Source: Emiliania huxleyi CCMP1516
Lineage: Eukaryota
DNA length: 64,000 bases
Direction of reading: 5' to 3'
Assembly: GCF_000372725.1 (NCBI RefSeq)
Contig: NW_005201165.1
Coordinates: forward strand, 2,853-66,852
How positions within the stretch are numbered: position 1 is the stretch's first letter; each line of letters starts with the position of its first letter. Made by a program: the position numbers and the translations under genes. Below are positions 11,520 to 24,506 of this stretch, in pieces. Under the pieces are notes generated by a model. That model searched no databases, had not been told where the DNA came from, and saw only the letters and a program-made list of their open reading frames with translations.

Positions 11520-12410
11520 TAATCCCGGAATACACACCCACAGCCACACGTCACACGACCAAATAGCGAAAATCCGAATACCGTGCAAATAAAACACGGA
11601 ACGTGGGACGAAGAACGTCGGTTCCAGTTTGGCAAACGCTGAACATGGGCGATCCGGCGCTTCCTTCGATTGGACGGACGAAATGATCGCGGAAAAGCGG
11701 GACCGCCATCGCGACATCGGGGTTCACCATATATGCCGAGAGCCTGCTCGGCCTGCCATGTGCGCGCGCGCCTCGCCCGAGCGCAGCCACCTGCGGACCT
11801 GGCCAGCCTGTTCCTGGCTCGTGCCCAGCCTCTCCTTCCGCTGCCGCCGGCCTCGCAGTCCCGCCAGCCATCACGCTGCAGAGCCTGCGTAGACGCCACA
11901 GACGCCAATTCTGCAGCCCACAGCCCTGGCAACTGAGGGCGAGGGCCAGCAGTATACGACGACGACGACATCCCACACCCCGCGCTGGCCAGCGCCATCA
12001 GCCCCTCACGGCCCGGCCCAACCTTCCCTTCCCCACCCTCGCCTCCAGTGCCTCCAAATCCAGCCGTCGCACCTCTCTTCTTCAGCGAATGCAGCGGCAG
12101 CACCACGTCAGAGGCCGGGCCGACTGGCGGACCTGCATGCCCAGCCATGCCCCCACTCCCCACCCGCTTGGATCGATCAGCTGACAGCTCCACCAGCTCC
12201 CACCACCGGCACCGCGTGTCGTGTCATGAAGCATGATAGATAGACATAGAAAGCATGAATCACCGAAAGGTCTGATCTCCAAAAAGAACTCTCGGTCTCC
12301 CGCGCGCGCCCGCGCCCCGCCCCTTTTGCGCAGCAACACCTTAAACTTCATGGCCCTCCAAATTCGGGTCGGAGCGCAGCGGTCCGGAGTGGGCCCCGAG
12401 TTTGAAGAAG
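11520..12410 (+). mobile_element. Dispersed repeat, same family as 21420-21704 plus 22593-22970
   Basis: Long near-identical blocks: CACACGACCAAATAGCGAAAATCCGAATACCGTGCAAA and CTTCTTCAGCGAATGCAGCGGCAGCACCACG...CCCGAGTTTGAA. Confidence 0.85.
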
Positions 12411-12520
12411 CACGCGGCTTGCGGCGCTCCCTTCCTTATTCTTTTCTCGCCCAGGACTTTACGGTCGGTTGGCTCCATAGCTGCCTTGGCAACCCGCTGC
12501 CGCTGCCTTTCGCCTCTCCG

Positions 12521-15500
12521 ATGCCGTCGCTCCCTCACTCCGGGGCCAGCCAGATTGCCCCATCGATCGGGCAGACCGTGCCCTCAGTGGGCGGCAGCGA
12601 GAACTTTCGGGGCTCTGCGGTTGCACGTGATCCGTCGGTTTCGTCCGAAGCGCCCAAGAAGAAGAAGGCCAAACCGCCTCCGGTGCCTTCCGCATCGCTG
12701 GCCGAGCTCTTGCAATTCGCTACGCCCGTCGAGAAGTGCCTCCTCGTGATTGCAGCCCTCGCGGCTCTCGGGACTGGCGCCTGCAAAAGCGACGTCCCAT
12801 GATGCAGACACACAAAGGGAGACCGCCCGAAGCGTGCACGTAGGCGCCGCGATGCCGCTGATGCTGCTTGCGTTTGGCGATGCCTTCGACCAGCTTGGTC
12901 TCAGCGCGACGCTGCCCGGGGCGAGGAACACCGGCTCCTCGGTCACAAAAATGCTGCTCACCTTCATCTACATCGGCGCGCATGTGCAGTAATCACCGTA
13001 AACAAGTTTGGCGCATATACAACTGCTCTCCCACTCTCTCTGTGCTCTCCCGCCGCTGCCCTCCCCCACCCGCCCTCTCCCCTGCCCCAGGCGCGGCTCT
13101 CCTCGTGGGTCGCGCCCTCTCCTACACCATCGGCGAGTACACCTGCCAGGCGCAGGTTGCGCGCTACAAGCGCGCCTTCCTCAAGGCGGTGCTGCGGCAG
13201 GACGTGGCGTGGTGCGGGGGCGCGCGGCGCGAGGATGCCCCGGCCCTCGCTCTCGCCACGCCCTCCCGCCGCGAGGTTAGGTACGAGAGCGCGCGGCCGG
13301 AGGAGCTCTCCGCCCGCATCGCAGACGGGATGGCCAAGGTGGAGAAGGAGTCACAGCCAAGCCCAGTCATCATCGCCACCAGTCACACCAGTCAACCATT
13401 GATCGCCAGGTGGAGAAGGGGCTTGGCGGCTCGGTCTTCGTCCTCTTCGAGGGCGTCGGCTACGGCGTGGGCGGCCTGGTCGTCGGGCTGATCTACCAGC
13501 CTGCGGTCGCCAACCACACCCCTCGCCACCATCCTCCCCCTCCTCCTCCTCACACCTCGATCTGCGAGCAGGTCGCGGGCATCACCCTCGCCACGGTCCC
13601 CCTCCTCATCCTCCCCGCCTCGGCGCTCATGTACGTGCTGCAGAACGGCTCGCAGCGGGCCGGCTGCTCGGGCGAGCCGGGAGGAGCCGTCCCTCAGCCC
13701 TCGCCGCGCCCTCCTCGTAGGCTCAAAGATGGTCAGCCGGGCGTACGCCACCGCTGGCGGGGTCGCCGCCGGGGCGCCGTTTGCGAGCTGAGCAGCCACT
13801 GAGAGCAGAGTGACGGACGGCTAGGCGGGTACGCGACCGAGGCGCTGTTTGCGATGCGGACGGTCGTGGCGCTGGAGCTGGAGGGGCACTTCGCCGCCAA
13901 GTACGAGGAGGCCCTGCGCGCGGTGCGGTGGGTGGAGGTGCGGAACGCGACCGTCGTCGGCACAACGACCGGGCTCGCCCTCTCTGCGTACCTGGTGATG
14001 ATGGTCGCCGGCACGCTCCCCGCCCGCCCCCTGCCGCCCCTCCGGAAGGCGGTGCCTCCTGCGGTGCCTCCTCACCGCCCCCCGCCAAGCGGCAGGCATC
14101 CTGTACGGCTCCTTCACCCTCTCAAACGAGATGGAGGAGTCCGCATTCGAGTACGTCGTCGACGGGATCCGCTACTGCGCGTACGACGGAGACAACACGC
14201 CGGCGGGCGCGACGCCCAACACGTCGTGCGCGCCGCTCGTCCCGTTCGAGATGAACTGCAACTGGGCGGAGCTCTTCGGCACCGCCGCCTCGACGCCGCT
14301 CGACGCCACACCCCTTGGAGGCGGCGAGTCGAGCGCACAGCTCGGCGGGCCGAACCTCACCCTCCTGGAGGGGATGGGCTTCGAGAGCGTCGGCGCCTTC
14401 AACGCGTACGTCGTCGCTTCCTCGCCGCCGGGGTACGACAATGACGGGTACCACCCGTGCCGGATGGCGGCCAAGCTGGTCCTCATCGCCATCCTCGCGA
14501 TGATGATGGCGGGCGAGGGCTTCTCCCTCTCCGGCCCGCCGGCGCAGCTGCTCGTCGTCGCAAAGCAGGCGCCAGATCCTCCTGAGATGGCGCGAGATGC
14601 CCCGAGGTGGCGCGAGGTGCCCCGAGATCAGCGGCGAGCGAGGGTGCGACCCCTGTGTGCGAGGGGCGGCGAGCGTGGGGTGCGGGCTCACCGAGCCTCG
14701 CTGGGCACAAAGGCGGCGGCGGACGTGCTCTCCATCATCAGCCGCGTGCCAGCCATCGACTCCTTCTCCGAGGCTGGGCAGACGCCCGAGGCGGTGGCGG
14801 GGGAGATCGAGGTGCGCGACGTGGTCTTCGCGTACCCCACCGCGCCCGACCACCTCGTCTGCAACGGCTACTCGCTCTCGGTGTCCGCGGGGCAGACGGT
14901 GGCGCTGTGCGGCGCCTCGGGCAGCGGCAAGTCGACTCTCGTCGCGCTGCTCGAGCGCTTCTACGACCCGCAGGGCGGCGCGATCCTGCTCGACGGCGTC
15001 GACCTGCGCGACCTGAACGTGCGCTGGCTGCGCGCGCAGCTCGGGCTGGTGGGGCAGGAGCCGGTCCTCTTCCAAGGCTCGGTGGCGGACAACATCCGGT
15101 ACGGCAAGGCGGGCGCGAGCGACGCCGACGTCGAGGGCGCGGCGCGCTTGGCCAACGCGCACGGCTTCATCACGAGCAGCCTCGCCGACGGGTACGCCAC
15201 GCAAGTTGGCCAGGGCGGCTCGAAGCTTTCGGGCGGCCAGAAGCAGCGCGTGGCGATCGCACGCGCCATCGTTCGCAAGCCGGCGGTGCTGCTGCTTGAC
15301 GAGGCGACGTCGGCGCTCGACAACGAGAGCGAGCGGGTCGTGCAGGCGGCGCTGGATGCGGTGGTGGCGGAGACGCGTCGTACGACGCTCGTCATCGCGC
15401 ACCGACTGTCGACCATCCGCAACGCCGACAGCATCGCCGTGCTGAGCGAGGGCCGCGTCGTTGAGAAGGGCTCCTTCGAGGAGCTCGTCTCGCGGCCGGG

Positions 15501-18107
15501 CGGCGTCTTCGCCAAGCTCGCAAAGGAGCAGGAGGAGCTGCTCAAGGAGGACCGCGCCACGATCGCGAGCGCGGCGGGCGACGAGGGCGGCGACTCGCTC
15601 TCGGCGAGCGGGCCCGTGGCGGCGGCGCTGGAGCCCCCCCCGGCCTCCACAAAGGAGGGAGAGGACGGGCTCGGGCTGGCGCGGGTGGCGCCGCTGCCGC
15701 GCGAGGCGTTGGGCCCGCTCCGGAGGCTGCTCGGGCTGCAGGCCCGCCTCATTCGCAACTAGATAGTCATATAGTCCTCGTACTCCCGCTCACGCGGCTG
15801 CCGTCCGGCTGCAGTCGGATCGCGCGGTGCACCTGCTGCTGATGGTCCTCTTCTCTGGCGCGGCGTGCGTCGGCCCCTCCATCGGCTTCTACTTCGTGAC
15901 CGAGGCGAGGGCGGTGCTGTGGGACTGGCGGCCCGCCGCCCTGCCGCAGAGCTGACGCAGCGCTCGTGTCACGCGCAGGTGATGGTCGTGCTGTACGACG
16001 GCGACCCGAGCCGGATGCGATCCGACGCGGTCGAGCTCTCCACCCGCCTCGCCATCATCGCCGGCGCAACCACGTTCGCCTTCTTCTGCTCGGGCTACTT
16101 CAACGGCGAGGCGGGCGCCTCGCTCACCGCCAAGCTGCGCCAGCGGGGCTTCGGCGCGCTGCTCCGCCGCGACGCCGGGTCCACGAAGACTGATTCACGA
16201 CTGCCTCGTGGCTGAGAGAGGACGCACTGCTCCTCAGGCGCGCTGCTCCGCCAAGACATCGGCTTCTTCGACGTGGAGGCGAGTCGGGCCTCGGAGCCGA
16301 CGGCCCTGGCCTTGCGCGGCGCCTTGCTCTGACGCCGCTTGGCTGTCCGCAGGCCAACTCTGCGTCGGAGCTGACCGCCTTCCTGGCGGACAAGGTGGAC
16401 AAGGTCAAGACCATCACGACGGAGCAGCTCGACCTGGTCGCGCAGCTGGTGGGCGGGCTCGGCTCCGTGCTCGTCATCATCCTGTGGAAGTGCTCGTGGC
16501 GCGCGCAGCCCTCGAGCTCGGCCGGCGCCGTGGAGGAGGGAGGCTTGCTTCACCGCCCGCTTGCCCGTGAGCAGGCAGCTCTTCCTCGTCTGGTGCGCCA
16601 TCCTGCCCGTCCTCGGCCTCATCATGGGGATGCAGACCCTCTTCATGAGCGGCACGTCGGCAGACGCGACGGAGGCGGCGCTCCCCGCCACCGGCGCACA
16701 GCGTCTCTTCACAGCTCGTGCCGTGAGCAGGCGGACGAGAAGAAGGCGGCGCAGGGCAAGAAGGTCACCTCGCGCCGCTTCGTCGCAAAGGCGAGCGCGA
16801 GCAAGGCGATCGGCGAGGCGGTGCTTGGCATCCGCACTGTCGCCTCCTTCAACCTGGAGCAGCACTTTTACGAGAGCTACTGCGCCTCCAGCGCCGACGC
16901 GGCACGGTACGGCAAGCGCGATGCGATCGTCGGTCCTCATCGTACGGCCGACGGCGACGGCACGTCCAGGGACGTGTCCACGACAAAGCCACACACACCG
17001 CTCCCGTAGGCGGCTTCTTCAACGGGCTGACTATGGGCGTGCTCATGTGCCTCGTGGGCGTCTCATTCTACTACGCCGTCTGGCTCGCCGACCAGGGCAT
17101 CATCACTCTCGTGCAGGCGGCGGCGGAGAGTCCGTGAAAGGAGTGTCGTGGCTGGCTGCCGCGCCCTCACCCCTCTCTCTGCCCACTCCCCGCCCCAGGC
17201 CATTGCGCCGCTGCTCGTCCTCACGGGGGCGATGGTGCCGCTCCTCAAGCTGGGCCAGCTCGCCAGCCTCAAGAGCGCAATCGGCGCCGCCTCCCGCCTC
17301 TTCGCGCTATTCGACCAAACGCCAGCCATCGACTCCTTCTCCGAGGCTGGGCAGACGCCCGAGGCGGTGGCGGGGGAGATCGAGGTGCGCGACGTGGTCT
17401 TCGCGTACCCCACCGCGCCCGACCACCTCGTCTGCAACGGCTACTCGCTCTCGGTGTCCGCGGGGCAGACGGTGGCGCTGTGCGGCGCCTCGGGCAGCGG
17501 CAAGTCGACTCTCGTCGCGCTGCTCGAGCGCTTCTACGACCCGCAGGGCGGTGCGATCCTGCTCGACGGCGTCGACCTGCGCGACCTGAACGTGCGCTGG
17601 CTGCGCGCGCAGCTCGGGCTGGTGGGGCAGGAGCCGGTCCTCTTCCAAGGCTCGGTGGCGGACAACATCCGGTACGGCAAGGCGGGCGCGAGCGACGCCG
17701 ACGTCGAGGGCGCGGCGCGCTTGGCCAACGCGCACGGCTTCATCACGAGCAGCCTCGCCGACGGGTACGCCACGCAAGTTGGTCTCAAGGGCAGTCGTCT
17801 TTCGGGCGGCCAGAAGCAGCGCGTGGCGATCGCACGCGCCATCGTTCGCAAGCCGGCGGTGCTGCTGCTTGACGAGGCGACGTCGGCGCTCGACAACGAG
17901 AGCGAGCGGGTCGTGCAGGCGGCGCTGGATGCGGTGGTGGCGGAGACGCGTCGTACGACGCTCGTCATCGCGCACCGGCTGTCGACCATCCGCAACGCCG
18001 ACAGCATCGCCGTGCTGAGCGAGGGCCGCGTCGTCGAGAAGGGAACGCACGCGGAGCTTCTCTCTCTTGGTGGCTTGTACACCCGCCTGGTGATGGCGGC
18101 GTCGTGA
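12521..18107 (+). CDS. ABCB (MDR/P-glycoprotein-type) full-length ABC transporter, multi-exon
   Basis: TMD-NBD-TMD-NBD layout. Both NBDs have GASGSGKST, QEPVLF, LSGGQKQRVAIARA, LLLDEATSALD and IAHRLSTI. TMD motifs LRQDVAWY and LRQDIGFFD. Confidence 0.95.
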
Positions 18108-18407
18108 GCCGGCGAATCTAGATTCTGACGAGGGCGGATCGGACTTATCTCCACAGCGCGCGCATGAACCATGATTGAGTGCGTGCTGTCTGCGCAGACC
18201 GGACGAGATAGCGCGCCGTGTAGAGCTCTAACGTATCTCTCGGGGGTTGCGGGTTGTGTGGCCTTTGTGCGCTCACGTACTGGTTCGCGCTGAGTATTGG
18301 TACATACATTACATGCGTTGCTCATGGGCGCAGCCCGAGCCGCGCATCTCCGACATGGCTCATCGTGCGGGCACGAGTCACGACGAAAGGCCACAGAAAA
18401 TTTGATT

Positions 18408-19335
18408 CTAGATGTGACCCGAGTATGCTCGGGGTGGGTAGCGTGGCGGGCCCTGGTCCTCTACCAGCAGTGAGCTCCCGCGATGCGACCCTGTTAGGGA
18501 GAAGTGGTAGCAGAAGAGCATCGCAAGCAGAGGCACGCACAGGATGATGAGCGCAATCAGGATCCTGGTCGCGGAAACGGGGGGCGTTGGGCGCGAAGGA
18601 GAGATGGGAATTGGAGGGCTGAAGGGGATAGAGCATGCAACTGAGCTCTCGGCGAGGCAATGGTCTTGCATCTATGACCACGCGCAGCCACGGCCGAGCT
18701 GGCCATCGCACGAGGAAGGGTAGCAGTATGACCTCATATATGCTGAAGCCAGGCCACACGGGTAACGTGTCTGGTGCCACGGGTGGCGTCGGAGGAAGCG
18801 TCGGCGGCGGCGGCTTGGTCACGAGGGCGGCTGCGGCTATGTTCGGCGGCACCAGCTCAGAGGCTGGCATTGGCGGGGGCCAGGGGTGTACGTATGTGCA
18901 GTCCTGCCTCGAATACATGGCCCCGCTGGCGCATATCCCCGTCGAGAACGTGGCCGGTGCGTCGGTGCCGCACCGGCCATCTCCTCTACACCACTCTCCG
19001 GGAGGCAGATTGGAATGGCAAGGCGGATCCTCCCAGAATCTGAAGAGCTCGTCGAAGACGCCGCAGGTAACGCGCTTGAGACAGTAGCCACATGCCCCCC
19101 CAGCGTCGCAGACGCTGCACGTCGGCTTGCGCGCCGCCCAGTTGCCAATCTGCCGAGTCGCGGAGCCGCCCTTCATCATTGGGTGCGCCCCCATGTTGAG
19201 CCACCGCTCGTACACGTCAAGAGTCGGCTCGTCCTGGCCGGCAGTGTACATTGTGTGTATGCTCGGCTCCGTGCTTGGGGCTCTACGAGCCTTGGGGCGG
19301 TCGGTGAGAGCGAGGATGGACAGGGCGACGATCAT
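18408..19335 (-). CDS. Hypothetical secreted or membrane protein with Cys-rich and Pro-rich segments
   Basis: Hydrophobic N-terminus MIVALSILAL, Cys-rich GEWCRGDGRCGT region, Pro-rich linker and hydrophobic C-terminal segments. 3' end uncertain. Confidence 0.45.
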
Positions 19336-19442
19336 CTTCAGACGGTAAAACGGGGGACGCACGAGCATGCACGCAGAACTTTTTTTGCTCGAAGTGCGGT
19401 TTGCTGCGTTTTCTCAGTGTATGTACCTCTGCTGAACATACC

Positions 19443-19580
<138 letters not shown>

Positions 19581-19723
19581 CTGGTATAGGTTTGCAGAGG
19601 AGCGACTCCGAAGTTTCTTGGTAAAAAATCGTTTCCGAAATGAATTCTTTCTTGGTCGCGACGGGGTGTGACGACGGGCGCGTTTGCGGCTTGGGTTGCA
19701 TTATCGTTCGGCGCGAGCACAGT

Positions 19724-21096
19724 ATGCAGCGCCCACCTGCGCTATTCGCGTTTGTGCTGTGCGTCTTCCTGCCCGACGCTGTCCGAGCGGCGGGCAATGC
19801 CGGCGGAAAGGCCGTCGATCTCTTCCTCGACGACCTGCGCAAGGGCGGCAAAGACAAGATCTCGTTCCTGTTCGAGGTCGGTGCAAACAATGGGTTGTGG
19901 AGCAATCATGTGATGAAAAGGGCGCAACAGGCGTGCCCAGGCGGAGCGTCGCGGGTGCGCCTCACCCTCATCGAGCCGCAGCAGGTCTTCGCCGCCCGGC
20001 TGCGTGCAATGGCCTCCCTTTGGCGAGGCACTTTCTTTCCGGCGGCGGCATGGACAAATGAGACAACGCTCTCCTTCTTCCTCTCTAGCTTCAGCGAGGC
20101 GTCGTCGCTGTCGGAGCAGATGGCACTTACCTTCAACGAGCCTGAGCTCCATCCCGAAGTCCGCTCCGTCTCCGTGCCAACCATTGACCTCGCCCACATG
20201 ATGCTGAGCGCGGTGCACGGTGCCGCCGCCGCCCGAGGCTCGGTCTTTCTCAAGCTCGACGTGGAGAGCGCCGAGTACGACTTGCTGCCGCGGCTCCTCA
20301 CGAGCGGTGCGCTGTGCCTGTGCGACTACATCCTCATCGAGTGGCACCTTAACGCGGTCGCGCCCGGGAAGCGGCTCGCCGGTGAGCGTTTAGATAGCTG
20401 GAGAATCAGATCCCTTCGCACCCTCTCCCGACCCGCGTAGGAGTGCTCTTTCGTAACCAGCTCGACGGACTGCTGGCACGGGGCTGTGCGAGGCCGCCGC
20501 GGCTCCTCCACCGCTATTCAAGAGGTATGAGCGGCGCTTCCTGAGCGCCTCGTGCAAAGATTAGGCCGCCGCGGCTCATCATCCACGACGAAGACTACCG
20601 CAACAACTACGGCGAGCCAGTGCCCGGGCTCGACAAGCTCGCCAGCCGCTACGCGAATGCTGCCGCACACTTGCGTAACAAGCGAAATTTTGGTGTCGCG
20701 TCGGATATCATCGCGCAGCGCAGCAGCCGCAGGCCGAGGGCGGTGTCGACCGTGACGGCGTGGCTGCGCAACGCGAGCGAGGGCGTGTGCGCGCACTACT
20801 TTGCTGACGGGCTTGGCCGGCAAAGGCGGGAAACTTCGGCTAGGACCACGGGCCGCTGCGAGGGACGCAGTGGCAAATTTGCAGTCACGACAACGCAGGC
20901 CGAGAACAACCTTACCTCCTATGCGGGCGAGTGTCTACGAATGTGCGCCGCGTGCGGCCGCTGCAACTTCCTCACCCTATCGCGCCGCGAACGCACTTGC
21001 CACTGGTTCGAGTCGTGCGATGTGCGGAGCCTGCAGCGGCTCCGCCTCGCCGTCACCGGCCCGGCGACATTGCCTAAGCAGGCCGGTGCTCTATGA
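19724..21096 (+). CDS. FkbM-like SAM-dependent methyltransferase with signal peptide and C-terminal Cys-rich domain
   Basis: FEVGANNG, LIEPQ, AAAW, FLKLDVESAEYDLLPRL and IEWH motifs. The last exon has CLRMCAACGRCNF...CHWFESC. Confidence 0.8.
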
Positions 21097-21704
21097 ATCC
21101 TCGAGGTCGCATTGGTATCTTGGCCAGCCGTGTGGGCCTGATGTGTGTGATGTCATCGCCTTCTTGCCCAAGGCCGCTTTCCAACTCAGTTGAAGACGAG
21201 AGGGCAGATTCCGTAGACCGTACATCCTCTGCTCAGCGTATAGCGAGAGAGTGGTACTGAAATGTGAAAAGGAACTTTACAACAAAACTCTCTCTCGCAC
21301 AACACAGGGCACACCCGGGGGGGACCGAGGACCGACTCGGCGAAATGTCGTTTCCAGGTTGCCCGGATCGCGAAATTTCGCCTCGCAGATCACCCGGCGT
21401 TTTCCAGATCACCCGGATTCACACCCACACGACCAAATAGCGAAAATCCGAATACCGTGCAAAAACCACGGAAAATGCGACGAAGAACGGTAACCTCACC
21501 TGAAGTTTGGAACGCCATAACATGGGCGATCCAGCGCTTCCATCGATTGGACGGACGAAATGATCGGGAACAGCGGGACCGCCATCGCGACCTCTTGGGG
21601 TTCACCATATGCCGAGCCTGCTCGGCCTGCCATGCGCGCGCGCGCCTCGCCCGAGCGCAGCCCGCCATCAGCCCCTCACGGCCCGGCCCAACCTTCCCTT
21701 CCCC

Positions 21705-22591
21705 CCAGGCAGGATCACGCTGCCGACGGACCGGTGGCCGGAGATCTGCGAGCCGGAGGGCGCGGACATTGGCAAGCTGTCGGAGTGGTTGTACCCCGGA
21801 ATGTCGACCAAAACGACCAGTGGCGACGCAACGGAGTGCTCCAGCGCGGATGTGGTCGCTCCGGCCGACGACTACATGGTCGATGTAGAGTTCCTCAACA
21901 CCATCACGCTGCCCAACTTCCCGTCGCACTCTCTCAAGCTGAAAAAGTACATGCCTCTCATGCTGCTCCGCAACCTCTCTCCTCCAGATGGTCTCTGCAA
22001 CGGCACGACTGATCCTGCTCGAGGTCATCAACGGCCCCCTGCTCAAGTGTGAGATCGCTACCGGCAAGTGCCGGGGCAACGTCGTCCTCATCCCGCGCAT
22101 CGACCTGGAGCCCGACGAGGGCACCTTCCCCTTCAGCTGGTCGCGCCGCCAGTTCCCGGCATTGCATCGCTCCGCGCACCCGAGGCATTATATTGCTGCC
22201 GCTCTGCCACCGCTATTCAATCCTAAATAGGTGCGCATCGCCTTCGCTATGACCATCAACAAGGCGCAGGGCCAGACGCTCGAGCGCGTGGGCATTTACC
22301 TTCCGGAGCCTTGCTTCACGCACGGGCAGCTCTACGTGGCCGCGTCGCGAGTGGGCCTGCCCGAACACCTCCGGTTCGCCGTCCCGATCGACAAAGATAC
22401 CGGCACCTTCCGCACATGCAACGTGGTCTTTCGCGAGGCGCTCACCTCATGAGCCGACAGCCCGCCGCACCCCGCCGAGTTTGATCGTCAGAAAACAAAT
22501 TCCTGTGCGTCGCGTGTGTTGTTTGGTAATGTGTAATGTCGCGGTCGACCCTCTGAACTACCGCACGCAAAAATAAGACGGGTCTCGCTAG
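21705..22591 (+). mobile_element. 5'-truncated Helitron: C-terminal PIF1 helicase fragment ending in CTAG
   Basis: [54 protein letters not shown] and NVVFRE stop at 22452. Frameshift near 22007, GC-AG intron ~22159-22230, CTAG at 22588-22591. Confidence 0.85.
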
Positions 22592-23308
22592 GACCCTCGC
22601 CTCCAGTGGCAGTGCCTCCAATCAAGTCGCACCTTTCTTCTTCAGCGAATGCAGCGGCAGCACCACGTCAGAGGCCGGGCCGACTGGCGGACCTGCATGC
22701 CCAGCCATGCCCCCCACTCCCCACACCCGCTTGGATCGATCAGCTGACAGCTCCATCAGCTCCCACCACCGCGTGTCGTGTCATGAAGCATGATAGATAG
22801 ACATAGAAAGCATGAACCATCGAAAGAGGTCTGATCTCCAAAAAGAACTCTCGGCGTCTGCCGCGCGCGCCCGCGCCCCGCCCCTTTTGCGCAGCAACAC
22901 CTTAAACTTCATGGCCCTCCAAATTCGGGGGTCGGAGCGTAGCGGAGTGGGACCCGAGTTTGAAAAAGGCGACGGACGCTTGCGTCCTAGCCTCCAACAA
23001 CGCCTCCCCGGCGCAGAGGGGCCCCCGGAGGGATGCTCAACCGCCCCACGCCACGCCGCTTGCGGCGGTCCTATTCCCAGCTCGCGGGGCCACTTCTTAT
23101 TCCAGATCACCCGGTAGTGGGATTCACGACTGCGTCATTCAAGCAAACGAGGCCGGGGATTCCGAGAGTGGGAGCTCTCCTTAGGACCACGTGCCGCAGG
23201 TGCTCGCTCTCTGTCTGGACGAGGTGCACGCTCGCAATTGGCTGGCCTGCGCACGCCGTGGTTCACCCTGAGTCCGGCCTTTGCGCCTAGCTAGGCAGCC
23301 GTCCGTGT

Positions 23309-23529
23309 CCGGGTAAGCTGAAGAGAAAAGTATGTTAGCCGCCGGGTGATCTGGACGAGAAATTTGGCCGACCGGGTAATCTGACATGAGAAATGTTAGC
23401 GACCGGGTAAGCTGAAACATGAATTGTGGGAGACTGGGTAAACTGGTTTGACGGATATCGCGCTAAGCAGGAAAATATCGTTGGCCGGGTAAACTGCGAG
23501 GCGAATCTCAAAAACCGGGTAATCTGAAA
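23309..23529 (+). repeat. Array of about 7 CCGGGTRAnCTG motifs at roughly 31-bp spacing
   Basis: Copies near 23309, 23342, 23372, 23403, 23434, 23485 and 23515. Confidence 0.8.
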
Positions 23530-23930
23530 TTTAATATTTATCCAAAAACTTTTGGATTTGGTTTAATACTGTTTGAACGAGATCCGCTTTCCTCGTCGAG
23601 CTCGAGGCAGTTTAAACCTGGGTCGTCGGTGCACGTGGAGGTTATTTATGAGCCGTCCTACCATCGGCTTTACGTGAATCATATATATGTGTGGGGGTGT
23701 GTGGACCAGGACACCCAGGTCGCAGGTGTGTGCATGGATGCAAACTGCTATCTGGACGAACACGGATATGCAAGAGTGGGCCACGACGTACTGAGCCAAA
23801 CGTAGGTGCGAGACGGCCGATTGGGCCTCACCACTAGGGACTATAGGGTGCGGAGGGCCGGAGGCGGCTCTTTCGAGGGACACAGGCATCCGCCGCATGT
23901 GAGCCAGTAAGCCTCACATCTCATCAGGCC

Positions 23931-24506
23931 TCACTTCGTCTTGGCCTTGGGCTCGGGTCCGACGGTCGCCGCGACGACGGCCTGGACGACCTTTTGGGCG
24001 ACAATCAGCGCCGCCGCGCCGAGCAGCACTGGTGGGATCGCCTGCGCGGGCAGCTTCTGGGCGACAAAGAGGAAGGCGTAAGCACCACCGGGAGGATGAA
24101 CGGTCCCGGTTAGCGCCATGCCGCCGATGGCGCCCGAGACGGCGAGGCCCTTTGCGAGGAACCAAAAGTCGGGCGGCAGGAACGTGACGACGGCGAGGGC
24201 GACCAGCGAGGAGACGATGTAGCCTCCAAGCACGGCAAACGGCGAGGAGGCGGGCGCCTGCAGGCAACGGCAGCTAGCGCTCATCCTGGAGACTGGGCGG
24301 CGCGCAGGAGCATTGCGGGCGTGATGGAGAGAATGCAGGGCAGAGCCGCGACTAACCTTGGCGAGACAGAAGAGGAGTACGGCGGTCGCGCCGAGCGGTG
24401 GACACATGCTGGAGCCGTAGCCCAATGGCTTGACGACAGTATCGAGCGCCTCGAGGGCGGCGAAGCCGACGGCAGCGCCGATCGCGGACTGGATGGCGGC
24501 TGACAT
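23931..24506 (-). CDS. HPP-family membrane protein, one intron
   Basis: PPLGATAVLLF, APASSP..VLGG and TGTVHPPGGAYA. Intron ~24259-24356. Confidence 0.9.
   Translation of the reverse strand: MSAAIQSAIGAAVGFAALEALDTVVKPLGYGSSMCPPLGATAVLLFCLAKVSRGSALHSLHHARNAPARRPVSRMSASCRCLQAPASSPFAVLGGYIVSSLVALAVVTFLPPDFWFLAKGLAVSGAIGGMALTGTVHPPGGAYAFLFVAQKLPAQAIPPVLLGAAALIVAQKVVQAVVAATVGPEPKAKTK

Noticed and set aside
23309..23529. Possible CRISPR array
   Set aside because: Repeats are only about 12 bp and degenerate, spacers are about 19 bp and related to each other, there are no cas genes and the context is eukaryotic.
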